In this document: positions 51,263 to 63,960 of the stretch, piece by piece
Numbering within the stretch: the first letter of the stretch is position 1
Layout of the letters: each line of letters opens with the position of its first letter
Source of the DNA: the human T2T-CHM13v2.0 reference genome, Homo sapiens
DNA: 64,000 bases
Reading direction: 5' to 3' (one strand)
Assembly: GCF_009914755.1 (NCBI RefSeq)
Contig: NC_060935.1
The notes under the pieces: model-generated
The model's database searches: none
Told to the model about the DNA's origin: nothing
Seen by the model: the letters and a program-made list of their open reading frames with translations, nothing else
Position numbers and translations under genes: made by a program

Positions 51263-52327
51263 GAGGAGGAGCCTGGTGGGAGGTGACCGAATCATGGGGT
51301 TGGATTTCCACCTTGCTGTTCTCATGATAGAATTCTCAAGAGATCTGGTTGTTTGAAAGTGGGTAGCATGTCCCCCTTCTCTCTTTCTCTTTCCTGCCAG
51401 CCATGTGAATATTTGCCTGCTTCCCCTTCACCTACCACCATGATTGTAAGCTTCCCGAGGCCTCCCCAGAAGCAGAAGCCTGTACAGCCCACAGAACCTT
51501 GAGCACAATTAAACCTCTTTTCCTTATAGATTACCCAGTCTCAGGAAGTTCTTTATAGTAGTGTGAGAATTGACTAATACAGTACTTGATGGATATTTGC
51601 TGAATGAAGGGATCTTTAAACTACCTGGATTACATACAGCTCACACTAACGTTGTTCTTTGAAATTTTAGTGTACTTTTGGTCAATACCATATAGTTTTG
51701 TCCTTTATTGGACTATATTTCTTTTCAAGTGTATTAGTCCCAGTAATTTTAAAAGTTATTTTGTAGTAAAAAATAAGGTAGCTACTTTCATCTTTATTAA
51801 TTAGAAAATGCTTCATTTATCCCTCTCTATCTCTTAACCCCTCCCTATGTCTATCTTAACATCAGCCTGACAAATTCTGTTCCCACTAAAATAGTGGGAT
51901 GGCTGGAAATAATTTATATAAATAAATAGGGATGTCATCCTAAAAAGAATCAGTAGGTGAGGTGGGGTACTTGTGGGATTTGGATGTGAGCTCCCATGTC
52001 AAGAGAGTACAGTTCATACTTTTTTTTCCTTTCCCTCTTTGTCGAATATGAAAAGATTCTTGGTGGAAACAGTCAAGGACCCTGCAAAGATTATATCCAC
52101 ATAGGAATGCTATAGTTCACCCATAGCCATTTTGAATTGGAAGTGAAGGCTCATATTTGAGAATTTCCATGGACATTTTTCTCTCAGTGGTGAACATTGT
52201 CCTGTTGATGATTAATATTTTTGTATGAAGTTTGATCCCCCAGTTTTTGACACTGAGATGCTGTTCATTGAACCTCCACTTTTGTCTCTCCTCAGCATTA
52301 TTTGCTATTTCAGATCTCCCTCAGGAA

Positions 52328-52528
52328 TAGGACTGTCAGATAAAATACAGGACTCTGAGTTAAATTTGAATTTCAGATACACAAGAAATAATTTTTTTAG
52401 TGGAAGTATATCTTGTAAAATTTGGGACATACTTACACTAAAATTATTTAGTATATATCTAAAATTCAAATTTAACTGAGCAAATGAAAAAGACCTTATG
52501 ATTTCATTTGCTAAATTTGGCAACCCTA
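52328..52528. mobile_element. MER53 palindromic MITE
   Basis: CAGATAAAATACAGGAC...GTTAAATTTGAATTTCAGATA...AAATTCAAATTTAACT...TTTGGCAACCCTA. Confidence 0.9.
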
Positions 52529-53383
52529 TTTAGGGAGAAAAATCATTTTGGGCTAAGATGTTGAAATTCACATTTTAGGACATCTGTAGGTTATATGACA
52601 ATATAAACTATCTCATGCTGGGAAGAAAGCATGGAACCACTGCAGTATGTTACCCTGGCAAGACCTAAACTGCTCTTCCAGGATTTTTCTTTTCAAAGCA
52701 TGTGCCAAAATAATTTCCTAGATTGGAGTAATAAACTTCAGATCTTTTAATACCATGTACTGTAATTAGCTGGATAATAATCTGTAATTATTCAGGGAAA
52801 GTGAGCCCATGTATAAATTATTAGAGTTATAAACTTCGCTCTTTTAGTGGAGGAACTTTTGGCCTTTTCTAATTAACTGTGGCATTCAGAACCCTTTGAT
52901 AAGTATTTAGCCCTCTCTGTCAGGCTGTCAGCCTCCTGTCCTTACCATCCTCCTTAGCCTCTCTCACATTTTTTTGGAAAGGCCTGGCAGGTGATGGCAC
53001 AGAGCCCAGACCAGGTATACAGAAAGCTGTGTGAGTTCCATGAAGAAGGCCAGGAAGACACTTCTACAATAGTTAGGGATACAGATGCCCACAGACAATG
53101 TGGCCTGGACACTGGGAACCCTTCAGGTGGAAAGTAGAGGAAGTTGTGTATGCAGGGTCCTTTGGCGCCAATCACCTCCCATGGATATTTCCAATAAGAT
53201 ATGCCTTCTACACACAGCACCTGCATCCAGGCACAGCAATTGTCAGAACTATGAAGTTAGAAAAGTTTATCATTACATCTCCCCTTGTTCTTTCTCCCTG
53301 AATCTTCTTATCCTATAATGACCCCTATATGCTTAATTGCCAATAGCTTGCTCACTTATCACTCTCCAAAGAAACTGTATTTT

Positions 53384-53653
53384 ATTTAATTTTTAATTTT
53401 TCAGTTCTGGGGTACATATACAAGATATGTAGGTTTGGTACACAGGTAAATGTGTGCCATAGTGGTTTGTTGCAGCTATCAACCCATCACCCAGGTATTG
53501 AGCCCGGCATGCATTAGCTATTTTCCTAATGCTCCCCATCCCCCAACCTCACCCCCTGACAGGCCCCAGTGTGTGTTGTTCCCCTCCCTGTGTCCATATG
53601 TTCTTACTGTTCAGCTCCCACTTATAAGTGAGGACATGTGGTGTTTGGTTTTC
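53384..53653 (-). mobile_element. Short 5'-truncated L1PA (about PA8) 3'UTR
   Basis: TTGCAGCTATCAACCCATCACCCAGGTATT; TSD CAAAGAAA(C/T)TGTATTTT at 53367 and 53653, with a canonical TTTT/AA site. Confidence 0.9.
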
Positions 53654-54089
53654 AAAGAAATTGTATTTTAAAAGAGGGTGTCTGGAAAGGATTTTTTGTG
53701 CCTTTATCTAAGAAGCAAATCTCTAATAGTGAAATTTCACACACTGTGGAGACGGTTGGGAAGATATTCTAGGAAGCTGGGACTTTCTGGTATTCCTTGA
53801 TTCATGGCACATGAAAAACTGGTATAAGGCAAGTCATGTCTGGATCTTGATGTTAAATATCTCAGGGGAAATTTGGGGAGGGCTTAATGTAGTGACAAAT
53901 TTTCCCCACATTTTGCCTCTGAGCTGCCATCAGGTGAATTCTTGATCCTCTGACTGAGGAGTCAGACACCCAGGAATCTGAGAATCTTTCAAATCTCCTC
54001 TGAGTCTAACAGACTTTGTATGTTCATTGTTAAAGGATCCCGAGAGTCTGCTTTATGCATTCAACCTGAGAGGGAAAAATCATCACAAC

Positions 54090-54305
54090 AATTTTTATAT
54101 TTACTGAGTGCCAAGTACGTGCAAGGTAACTTGGCTATTTTTTAAAATCTTCATAATATCCCTAAAAAATATCATTGGGCTTATTTACATATTAGCAGAC
54201 TGAGGCTTCTTGAGATTAATGATTTGCCCAAGTTAGTGAGTGATGGAGCCAGAATTTGAATCCAGGTGTGTATACATCTATTACGTGGACTGTCATCACT
54301 ACGTT
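54090..54305 (-). mobile_element. MIR
   Basis: ACTGAGGCTT...GATTAATGATTTGCCCAAG...GGAGCCAGAATTTGAATCCAGG. Confidence 0.75.
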
Positions 54306-54369
54306 ATTCTGTTAACAGCAGCACAAGGAGTGATACCTGACAAAGAACTGGCCTCTGTTTAAATTTTAG

Positions 54370-54535
54370 AGTTTGGAGGAAACATAGAGTTCATATAGTC
54401 CAAATTCTTACGTTTTAAAAGTTAAGAATCTGAGGCCAGGGCTTCTAAATGACTTGCATAATATCCCTCAAGTGGTTAGGGGCGAAATTGGAATTATAGC
54501 CCATATTTCCTATAAGTACTTTTTTCACCAACAAC
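54370..54535 (-). mobile_element. MIR3-like fragment
   Basis: TAGAG.TCAT.TAGTCCAA...CTGAGGCCAG...AAATGACTTGC. Confidence 0.5.
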
Positions 54536-55043
54536 TCCATAACTTTGTGCCCTATGTTTCATTCACAAGATGGGTTTTGGTTCAGATTTGGCTAATTGTC
54601 GATCCTCATAAAGAGCCTTCCGACCAGCATGGCTGTCTGTGTAGCTTCTCACGGGATCAGGAATCAGGATTGCCTCGTTTTCTTTTTGCATGTCCCAGTC
54701 CCATACCAGGAACAATAAATAATTTGGTATAGTTGTTGTTGTTTTTATTGTTGATGTCGATGATGATGATGGGTGCCACCTTTTGGAAGCTTTGGATGAA
54801 AGAGACATAAATGCATCCTCTAGGTAATATGCACATAAAATAAAGCATAGACAGTAAAAAAAAACCACAGTGCCTAATACCTGATGGATCAATTTGTTGG
54901 TAAAAATCAAATTCATTTTGAGGACCACATTTTTGATATTTGTTAATTTTTCTTGCCTGTAACCTGATTTATCTTAGGCCCTGGTTTATGTTGATATATA
55001 TTGACTAGTGATATTTTTCACAAATGTCATTTCAACTAGACCC

Positions 55044-55104
55044 CACAACTGTTAGGATGAGCAAAACAATTTTTTTCACAACTGTTAGGATGAGCAAAAC
55101 AATT
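55044..55104. repeat. Perfect 28-bp direct duplication separated by T5
   Basis: CACAACTGTTAGGATGAGCAAAACAATT at 55044-55071 and 55077-55104. Confidence 0.95.
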
Positions 55105-55582
55105 ATTATTACTTTTTTTTTTTTTTTTTTTTTTGCTTTTAGGGCTCTATCAAGTACTGCTGCTTAGAACTCAAAGTCCCATTCAGCATTTAAAACCTAA
55201 CAGGAATACTGAAATAACATGCATTTTCATTGATTGATGTCTACAAATAGTTACTGTCTTCCTGCTACAGTTTGCACATTGAGTAGGACATAGAGATATA
55301 TAAAATGCAGTCCATTCTTGCAAGATATTTATAATATAATTGGCAAACATGTCTGAAAATCTATACAATAAAATGAGGCCATATAAGTCACAATTGCATG
55401 GTCTACATGATAAGATCAGAGGAGAGAGGTCACTTTGATCTGGTTTGAGCAGCAGAGACTTTCTGATATAGATAGAATAGTGGCTGGAGCTGAAGTTCTT
55501 TTAGAATAGTAAAGTGATGCTGAGTCAGCCAATGTGTTCGCTGCACTTTGACAGACAAGTGTGGGACCTAAAATGGTCTCAG

Positions 55583-55664
55583 TGAGTTGTAGCTGAGTGG
55601 TTAAGGCAACGAGCTAGAAATTCGTTGGTTTCTCTCTGTGCAGGTTTGAATCCTGCTAATTATG
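55583..55664 (+). tRNA. tRNA-Ser(AGA)-like locus, probably a pseudogene or low-scoring gene
   Basis: 82 nt, colinear with human tRNA-Ser-AGA: A box TAGCTGAGTGG, loop CTAGAAA (anticodon 55616-55618), T arm GCAGG-TTTGAAT-CCTGC. Acceptor stem and variable arm are damaged. TTTT at 55670-55673. Confidence 0.9.
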
Positions 55665-57279
55665 AGATGTTTTCCTTGTCAGTAAATTTACTTGCCTCAT
55701 TGATATATCAGTTTGACAACCTAAAATTACCCGGAAAGGAGCTCCCTAATCATTTTTTACCACGATGGTGCAGACTTCTTGACTAAGCTTGCCCTGCTCC
55801 AGCACTCACTCAAATCTCTACTGCCAAAATGGCCTTGGTGAGTTGGAGAAAAGGTCAGGCATTGACGAACCAAGTTCAAGAAGGCAGTACATACAGAAAG
55901 GTGTGGTTCATTGATCCTTGCAACAAATTTTTCTTGAGCACCTACTCTGTGTATAGGATACAGTGGTGAGTAGAAGCAGATATAACCTGACGGAGATGTT
56001 GGGTGCAGCACATGCCTTTCAGGTTCTGTGCTTATCTAAGTCTATTATTTACATTTCAGATAATGAGGAAACTTTCCTTTCCTAGAGACAGAAAAAGGTG
56101 GTTGGTGCTTTTGGACAGAGAAAGGGCAAAGGATTAGAGAGTGGAGCATCTGACAGTAAATCACAGTGTGGCACTGCATTATTATTATTATTGTTTTCAT
56201 TATTGTTTTAAAGGGAAGTCTAATATTGGCTTTGCATAAAGCATGTCTTACTAGGTAAGTGGTCACGTAATATGAAGGTAAATAATTTTTGTCATTCTCA
56301 GAGTCCAGGAATTTTGTTCTTCCATGGACTAAGACCACACAAAATAAAACAAAAGATTCGGGGTCTACTTTTTCCTATCCTGTCTTATGCCACTTTTCCT
56401 TCACTTCCAGCCTCCTCCTTATCCAGGCCTTCTGTAAGAAATAAATGGAAATATAGAGACCTGTAAGATGCCCTCCTCTAAAAGACCTGTACCCATTCAG
56501 ATTCTCCACCATTTTTATTCTGCTGTAATTTCAAGCTGTCACATTTCTTTCCTGAATCTGGGCAGCACAATATCCTCAATATTAGTGCCTTCCTGACTTC
56601 CAGCCAGAGAGCTGGTCTGTTTTAACAGTAACTGCCATATTCATGCATAAGGGTTGAAGCTGAAACCCATTGTCTATGCAGACAGGGAAACTCACAGAAA
56701 AATTGCTGTGAGAAGTGATTGTTTGCAATTTGGTTGAAAAACAGCTTTGCTGACTTGGGTGCACTGTAAGATAATTTAGCTCTGAAGTACAAGCAATAAT
56801 AACTGAGTCCTTTCTGAGGACCCTCATAAGTGAAAACCACAGCCGCAGTAGCTGAGCTGACTATGAGTTCAGAAAATGCCACCGGGAGCAGTTTTTAACC
56901 TCTGAGAAGCTGTTACATAAGCCTTGTAAATGTGCTGTTTTCATTTTTACTCTACAGGTGCACACAGCCCATCCATCCCCTCCCCTGTGCAGCTTAGGGT
57001 TTGGGAGAGATTCTGTCACTCAGCCTATTCTCTTACTTTTATGGCTAATGCATTTTAGGTGTAGGGACATGTCTTTGAGCTAATTCATAATAAAGGATGA
57101 AAGTCACTAGCAGGCTGAAAAAAGAATCTCTCTAGAACAAGTATTTTTTTCCTTTGATAAATATATCATTTGCCATGGATTATACTTAATTCTTATAAAC
57201 AATAAGATATTTTGACCTTTAAAGAATATCTATCACCTTTTCTCAGAGAGTTTATGCCCTTTAGATAGAGAATTAAGGT

Positions 57280-57375
57280 ACATATGTTCTAATGTCAGCT
57301 TTGTCACTGATGACTTTTGTGATCTTGGGCAAGCCTCTTGGTGATGGGATGGTGGTCAGTTTCCTCATCTGTATG
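57280..57375 (+). mobile_element. MIR fragment
   Basis: CAGCTTTGTCACT...TGTGATCTTGGGCAAGC...TCAGTTTCCTCATCTGTA. Confidence 0.65.
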
Positions 57376-57628
57376 CATCCTTGGCTGCCAGGACCCTAGA
57401 CCAACCTGTGTTAGGCTCAGCCAAGGGCCACTCAAACCTTGAGCCTAAGCACAGGTTGGTCTTGTGTCCTGGCAGCCAAGCCCATCTTCCCTTGGGTCTA
57501 TTTTCATGAAATGACAGACATGAGGACCTTTCCTCCCACTTTTCAGGCAAGAGAGAAAGGACATTTCTGTAAAGGTACAAGGCAAGGGACACAAGAAAAT
57601 CTTAAAAGAGTAAAGAGGTAGATAATTT

Positions 57629-57708
57629 GGATCAATTTTGAGCCCTTATAGCAAAAGATGTTAGAGTCGGATCAATTTTGAGTCCCTATAGCAAGAGAAG
57701 TTAGAGTC
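57629..57708. repeat. 40-bp tandem duplication (36/40 identical)
   Basis: GGATCAATTTTGAG...TTAGAGTC twice, at 57629-57668 and 57669-57708. Confidence 0.92.
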
Positions 57709-59289
57709 AGAAGCTGAAGAAGCAGCTTCTGTGAGAGTCTCAGTGAGTCTCTGGGCATGGGCAAATCTGCTTTAGGGCTCAGTTGGCACAGAACAGCCCA
57801 GAAGTGGAAAGAGGGCTCTCGGCTTTCATCAATTACATGCAGCAGCTCAGAAGTGAAGAGGATTCCAATTAAAGCCTTTTTCTAAACTAAAGACTAGTTT
57901 AGTGGGGTCAACTAGTCTTTAAAGAAGGTGCCAAGAAAGGAGGTTCTGAGAAGTTGATCTTGAATCCACACAGTTTTGGGCACTGAGAAGCCAAAGAGAC
58001 AACTCTATCATCCCTGGCTAGACTCCTTGACCACCAAGTGTCATTTCTACAGTTCCAAGCCTTGGCACACCGTCAGAGAAATACATTTTTATAGTGCAGA
58101 AAATGGTGAGGAAATTCGATGACCCTCCTATAGGCCAGAAAATACAGGCTTTCCTGGAGTTCTATTTTGTTGTCTTAAAAAATGAAACCTTTAAACTTTG
58201 GCTGAAACATGCCCTCCTGAGAGGCACACTTTGGAAGGCCATACAATAGGGATGTTGTGAGATAGTTTACATGACTTTTTGCTGGAATCTGTCCATCTGC
58301 TCTGGCAGACAATGCTGGTAGTGCTGTGATGGAGAGCGTGGGTACACTTAATAGTTACCCAGAAATATGGCAAACTGTAGGCTGCAAGTTAAGTTTCTCA
58401 AGCCTGACACAATGGAAGGGGAATGAACTGTGGCTACCTGTGTGTGCTATTGTTCTTACAGAAAGCCACAGTGCATTGCTTTTCACTCTGTTCCACAGAA
58501 CCCTAACTTTTCCTCAGTGCCTATTTAGAGGACATTTCAGTGGACCTAGTGAATGGGGAAGGATGGTGAGAGGCAGGAGGCCAAGGAGACGGGACCTGTG
58601 CTTTAAGCAGAGCAGCTCTTCTTTGCACATTGGGCCACTTCCTTGACTTTAATTAAACAAAGCACTCCTTACCTAAATCACAGCCACTGTGATAGAGGCT
58701 ATGATTAGAAGGAAGTGGGTAGTTTACAAGTGCCTCTAAAACTCATTGCTAGGAAAGCTTTCATGCAGGCTCAGGCTGCTGTGATAACATAAATAGGTTT
58801 CTGTTCCCTGGGCTTCATGGGCATAATGTGAGAGAAAAAAAAGAAGACGACCTTCAAACCATTTGGAATAGTCACCAAGCCCTTGCCAGGGATGAGGAGA
58901 CAGTGCAATTGGCTGACTTCACATTTCAGAGCGTTGTCCAGGGAGACTGCAAAGGCCACCAAACTTGGAGGTGGCATCATCCACCCCTAACGTGTGAGTG
59001 TTTCTGAAACAAGGGCCAGGGACTTCCTGAAGCAGAAAATCCGCCATTTCATTATTGTTGGCAGAGGATGACCACTTCCTGGAAGACTGCAAGTTCAGAG
59101 AGCCTATAATCAGTGATAAAGAAACAAATTCTGCTTGGAGCAGAGGAACTATACACCCCACTCCTCCTTTCTATTCGACCTTATCCCAATTCTCCAAAAG
59201 AAAGGTTCAGGTAAGGGAGAATATTCCCTAGTTGTATCTTATATTTGAGGGCTAAAGAACCTCTTGAAAAAGAGGCATCAGAGGTAACT

Positions 59290-60097
59290 CCATTCTCTAA
59301 GTCACTCAAATCAGGAGCCTTGGAAGCCTCCTGGACTCTCTCATCTCACATTCATCCATCAGCTACTTTTATTGAGTCTTTCCTCAATAGAAATTTAGAA
59401 TCCCACTATCTTCACTACTTCTCTAATACTCTGGTCAGTCTCCTTTTCTCTAATTTGGATTCCTGCAGTTGTTTCCTCACTGGTATTCCCACTTCCACAG
59501 TCTCTTCTCAGTAAAGAAGCCAGGGTAATTTTATTATAGTGGAAGAAATTCAGTCATCATGCTTTCCTGCTTAAAACTCACAACACCCCATTTCACTCAC
59601 AGTAGAAATCAGTATCTTTATAATGGCCTGTGGGACCCATCTACATGATGTGGTTGTTATTCCTCTGAACTTATCTCCTACCCTCTTCATCTCTCACTGG
59701 GCTCCAGCCATACTGGCTTTCTCAATGTTACATGAATATTCTGGATCACTCCTGTTTTAGGATCTTTGCATTGTCCGTTCCTTCTGCTTGAAATGGTCTT
59801 CCCACAGGGAGTTCTCTGGACACCAGAATGTTAATTTCGTCACGTTCTTCAAGCTTACCTTTTCAATGAGGTCTTTCCTAACTATGCAATTTAAAATTTT
59901 ACCTATCCCCTGTTTACATGCTTGCCACTACTTTTACTTTGTTCTACTTCTTTTCCCCCAAAGCCCTGGTCACTTTCTAGCATACTATACAGTTAATTTA
60001 TTTATTAAATTTATTTTGTGCCTTTCCCTGGGAGATTACAAACTCTATTAGGGCAGAGATCCTTGTCTGTTTTCTTAACTACTATATGCAAAGTGTC
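59290..60097 (+). mobile_element. L2 (L2a-like) 3' region ending abruptly at an Alu
   Basis: CCTGCTTAAAAC, GCTCCAGCCATACTGGC, TTCTGCTTGAAATG, TACAAACTCTATTAGGGCAGAGA; the terminal TGAATGAA tail is absent. Confidence 0.8.
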
Positions 60098-60396
<299 letters not shown>

Positions 60397-61011
60397 TCAA
60401 CAACCTTTGCTTTCTGGTCAGAAAATTATGGATTCAGAAAGTTAGATAGCTTGTTTTATCTCTTCCCACTCAATAAGGCTCTTGCAATAAGTATTCAGCA
60501 CTTATTATGTGCTTATAGAATACTGTTAATGCTCCCAGAGTTAAATTTTAATAATAATCCTCAAGGAGAAGAAAAGGGCAAAACAAAACAAAAACCCCAA
60601 AAACAAAAAAACAAGTGATGAGGACTAATTCCATCATCCTAAAGAGAAGAGCTATTTTCGGTATGTGGGGTATGTGTAAGGTAGCAGTTGCAGCTAACAT
60701 GAATGTTCTGGTTGGTGTTGGCTAATATTTCTAGTTGTTAATGAATAAACCGGATAAAATGCATTATAGCATTCAACTCAGTCTCACATCTCCTTTAGTA
60801 AATGAGGGTTTCTCAGGCCTGAGTGGGACCTGGAACATAGAGACCCAATGTGGTTGGGACCTTTTGAGGTCCTGTTCATCTCCTGCTGATACCCCCTGAC
60901 ATAGGTGTATCTCCTGTTTCCTAATCTACTGGTTTGAATAAGAACATGTGTGTTTGGGAGAGAAGGATGAGTTGTATCTATATTAACTGGAATTATTGTT
61001 AAGAAAGTTCA

Positions 61012-61292
61012 TTTTTCTATGATTTTAACTTGATACATAATATTTGCACATGTTTTTATGGTGCACATGTGATGTTTTGTTACATGCATAGAAGGTATAA
61101 TAATCAAGTCATGGTATTTAGGGTACCCATTACCTTGAGTCTTTATCATTTCTATGTGTTGGGAACATTTCCAGTCCTCTCCTCTAGCTATTTTGAAATA
61201 TAAAATATATTGTTAACTATAATTACCCAGCCTTACTATCGAACATTAGAATTTCTTCCTTCTATGTTTGTATCTATTGACCAACCTCTCTT
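61012..61292 (-). mobile_element. L1MA (about MA3-MA4) 3'UTR fragment
   Basis: TTACATGCATAGAA...TAATCAAGTCA.GGTATTTAGGGTA...TCTAGCTATTTTGAAATATA. Confidence 0.85.
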
Positions 61293-61356
61293 GATAAGAT
61301 AGCTATAAATACATGAAAATATGAATTGTTTAAAAACCACATGGTTGTGAAGTTTT

Positions 61357-61700
<344 letters not shown>

Positions 61701-63774
61701 TTATAGTTCCTACCAACTTGCCACATTCCTGCCTTATTGCTCTCCAGAACACGTTTCACCATCCCCTATCTACCTGTACAGAACATCTTCAAAAAATTGA
61801 AATAGAAGTAAGCAAGGAGAGGGGAACATATGGTCTATTCTTTATGTTAATATTTGCAAAAGAGAGTAAAATGAGCTTCACAATAACTGAGCCCTTCCTT
61901 GAAATTATACCTCACTCAATAAATGTGCAGATAAACATTTTGTTGGCAATCAGCAAAGCTGAGGCAGTACACACATGTCAGAAATCAAATGCATAAGACA
62001 GGCACTGAAATCATTCCTGAGCTTAGGGCAAGGCAAGTTCCCATGGTTGATTTCTATTGCCTCCAAGCTTTCAGACAGGAGAGAGAAGACCAAAATTCCT
62101 AAGGCACAGGTTGACCATCCCACCAGGGCCTGGAGAGTTTCTTTTCTGTGTTCCACACACTCTGCGCTCATGGATTGGATCCTGGGAAATTGATTTCATC
62201 TCTTCCCCAGCTTCTTGTTGATAATGGTCTTTTCATCTGAGCATTGGGTGAGTGATTGCAGTGACCCAGTTTGTTGTAATAACATGTGCATAACTGTATT
62301 GTGTGTTTTTACACTGCCTTAGGATATGGTAATGACTTTATTAGAACACAAGCGCTATTTTCTGAATTCTCTGCTGTGTGATTTGAGAATATTACCATCC
62401 TGTGTATGGACTTGCCTCAAGTACTACAGTTAAAAAAAAAAAAAGCTTCCACTAAAATGTAATAACTCCAAAATGGAATGATGCTTTCTGAATCTGCTCC
62501 TTTTTACTTCTGATCTTGATGACTTTTACTTATTAATGTGTACCTGTAAGAATTGCTCAGAGGCACTGAAGGTGTAAAATGTACAGAAAGCCGACTTTTA
62601 CTGAATGCAATCTCTTTTGGTGGGTATCGGTCAAATGAATCCTCTTAACCTCATTTGGTCAGATTGAAAAGGCCTTCCTGTCTCCTATTCCGTATCTTAG
62701 TGGTTTGATGGCTTTTGTGGATAAAAAACACAGACTGATATTATCTTAACACAATTTCAGGAGTCCCCAGCATATTGGCAAAGACAGTAATGATTTAAAA
62801 CCCCTCAGCTGCTGTATGACTAGCAATACTTATTCTGGGCCCCTTCTTCTAAGGTATCCTTTCTCTTTTGGGCCAGGCTCAGACTAGTGATTTGACAGCT
62901 GGCTTATTAGTTGCAGGATTTGAGTTGAAGGTTTAAATTGTTTATTGGTGACCTCTGGGTTCCAGTTACCTGCATCTTCACATCTTTCAACAGAGCAATT
63001 GTGACCCCACAGGCTCTCAATCAGTGGTGGTAGTTGTGGATCTTTCTTTCTTCCTTCCCCCTGTATCTCCCTCACAGTCTATGTGGTCTGGGTAAAAACA
63101 TACCATGAGAAACTTTGAGAGAAACAAAAAGCAAGCAAGTTTTTTAGTGTGTTAGGCAAATAGCACACCAAAGTGTGCAAATGGTTGAAAATGAGATTTG
63201 GGGTTCAAATTCCGAAGCCATGGAGTAGTTGTAATTCATCCCAGAATGTGTTTTTTACCTTCTGTGGCTTTAGTCCAGTGGTATATTCTGTCCTGGGGGC
63301 ATGAGGAGTGCTTCTGGACTTCTGGTTATTTTAGATATTTCTATCCCTCACTTGTCCTCCCTTCTATCTCCTGGTTTCTGAAGTTGAAGATTTTTTGGAT
63401 GGTCTGGTCCTTTGGGTCCTGCTGGGTGAAGTGTGGCAACTTGTGATATCAGGTGAGATTTGCCCAGAGGGAAGTGGAACTTTTCAGGGCAACTTGCTAT
63501 GGGCAGACCATGTGTCTTAGGAGTAGAGCCTGTGTCTAGGCACATGTCAATAAGGGAAGAGGGAGAGGTTACACTGGGGTGTTGGGAGCATGGTGGTCAG
63601 TTATATCAGAATTAGGGGAAGAAGGTTGGGAGTTATATTCTTATATAGTGAAAGTTGAAAGTGGAAATTATCATCTTGGGCTACTGTTCTTGCTGTAAAG
63701 AAGCCCATTGACATCTGGGCTGATCAAGACCAGAGCAGACCTCCAAATCTGTATCCCAAGGCTGTGTTATTCCT

Positions 63775-63960
63775 TTGCTCATTCACTTGTTCACTCATTT
63801 GTTTATCCATTCCATCCATTCTACTAATCCATTCATTCCAGGCTTTCACTTTGGCACTTTTGATACAGAGAAAAATGCCATAGTTTCCCCCTGGCCCCAC
63901 CCTTGTATTTAATGGGAGAGACAGAGGGCACAGATGGGTTGGTGATGACAGCATGGTGTG
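63775..63960 (-). mobile_element. L2 3' fragment
   Basis: Degenerate (CATT)n followed by GGCACTT..GATACAGAGA...GGGAGAGACAG. Confidence 0.6.

Larger units (their letters stand above)
48913..51581 (+). mobile_element. MSTA/THE1D-type solo LTR (parts 48913-48979 and 51263-51581), inserted in an L2 3' end and split by THE1A
   Basis: TGGTATGATTTGGCTCTGTGTCC...GTTGGAGGA resumes as GGAGCCTGGTGGGAGGTGA...GACTAATACA; near-TSD GCACT/GTACT; L2 sequence on both sides (~48770-48912 and 51582-51610). Confidence 0.88.

Noticed and set aside
55044-57708. Short direct repeats as a possible CRISPR-like array
   Set aside because: Only two copies each, no spacer series, and a primate genomic context.
58929-58999. 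Possible exon (TTTCAG...CGT/GTGAGT)
   Set aside because: Poor polypyrimidine tract and no partner exons; expected by chance.
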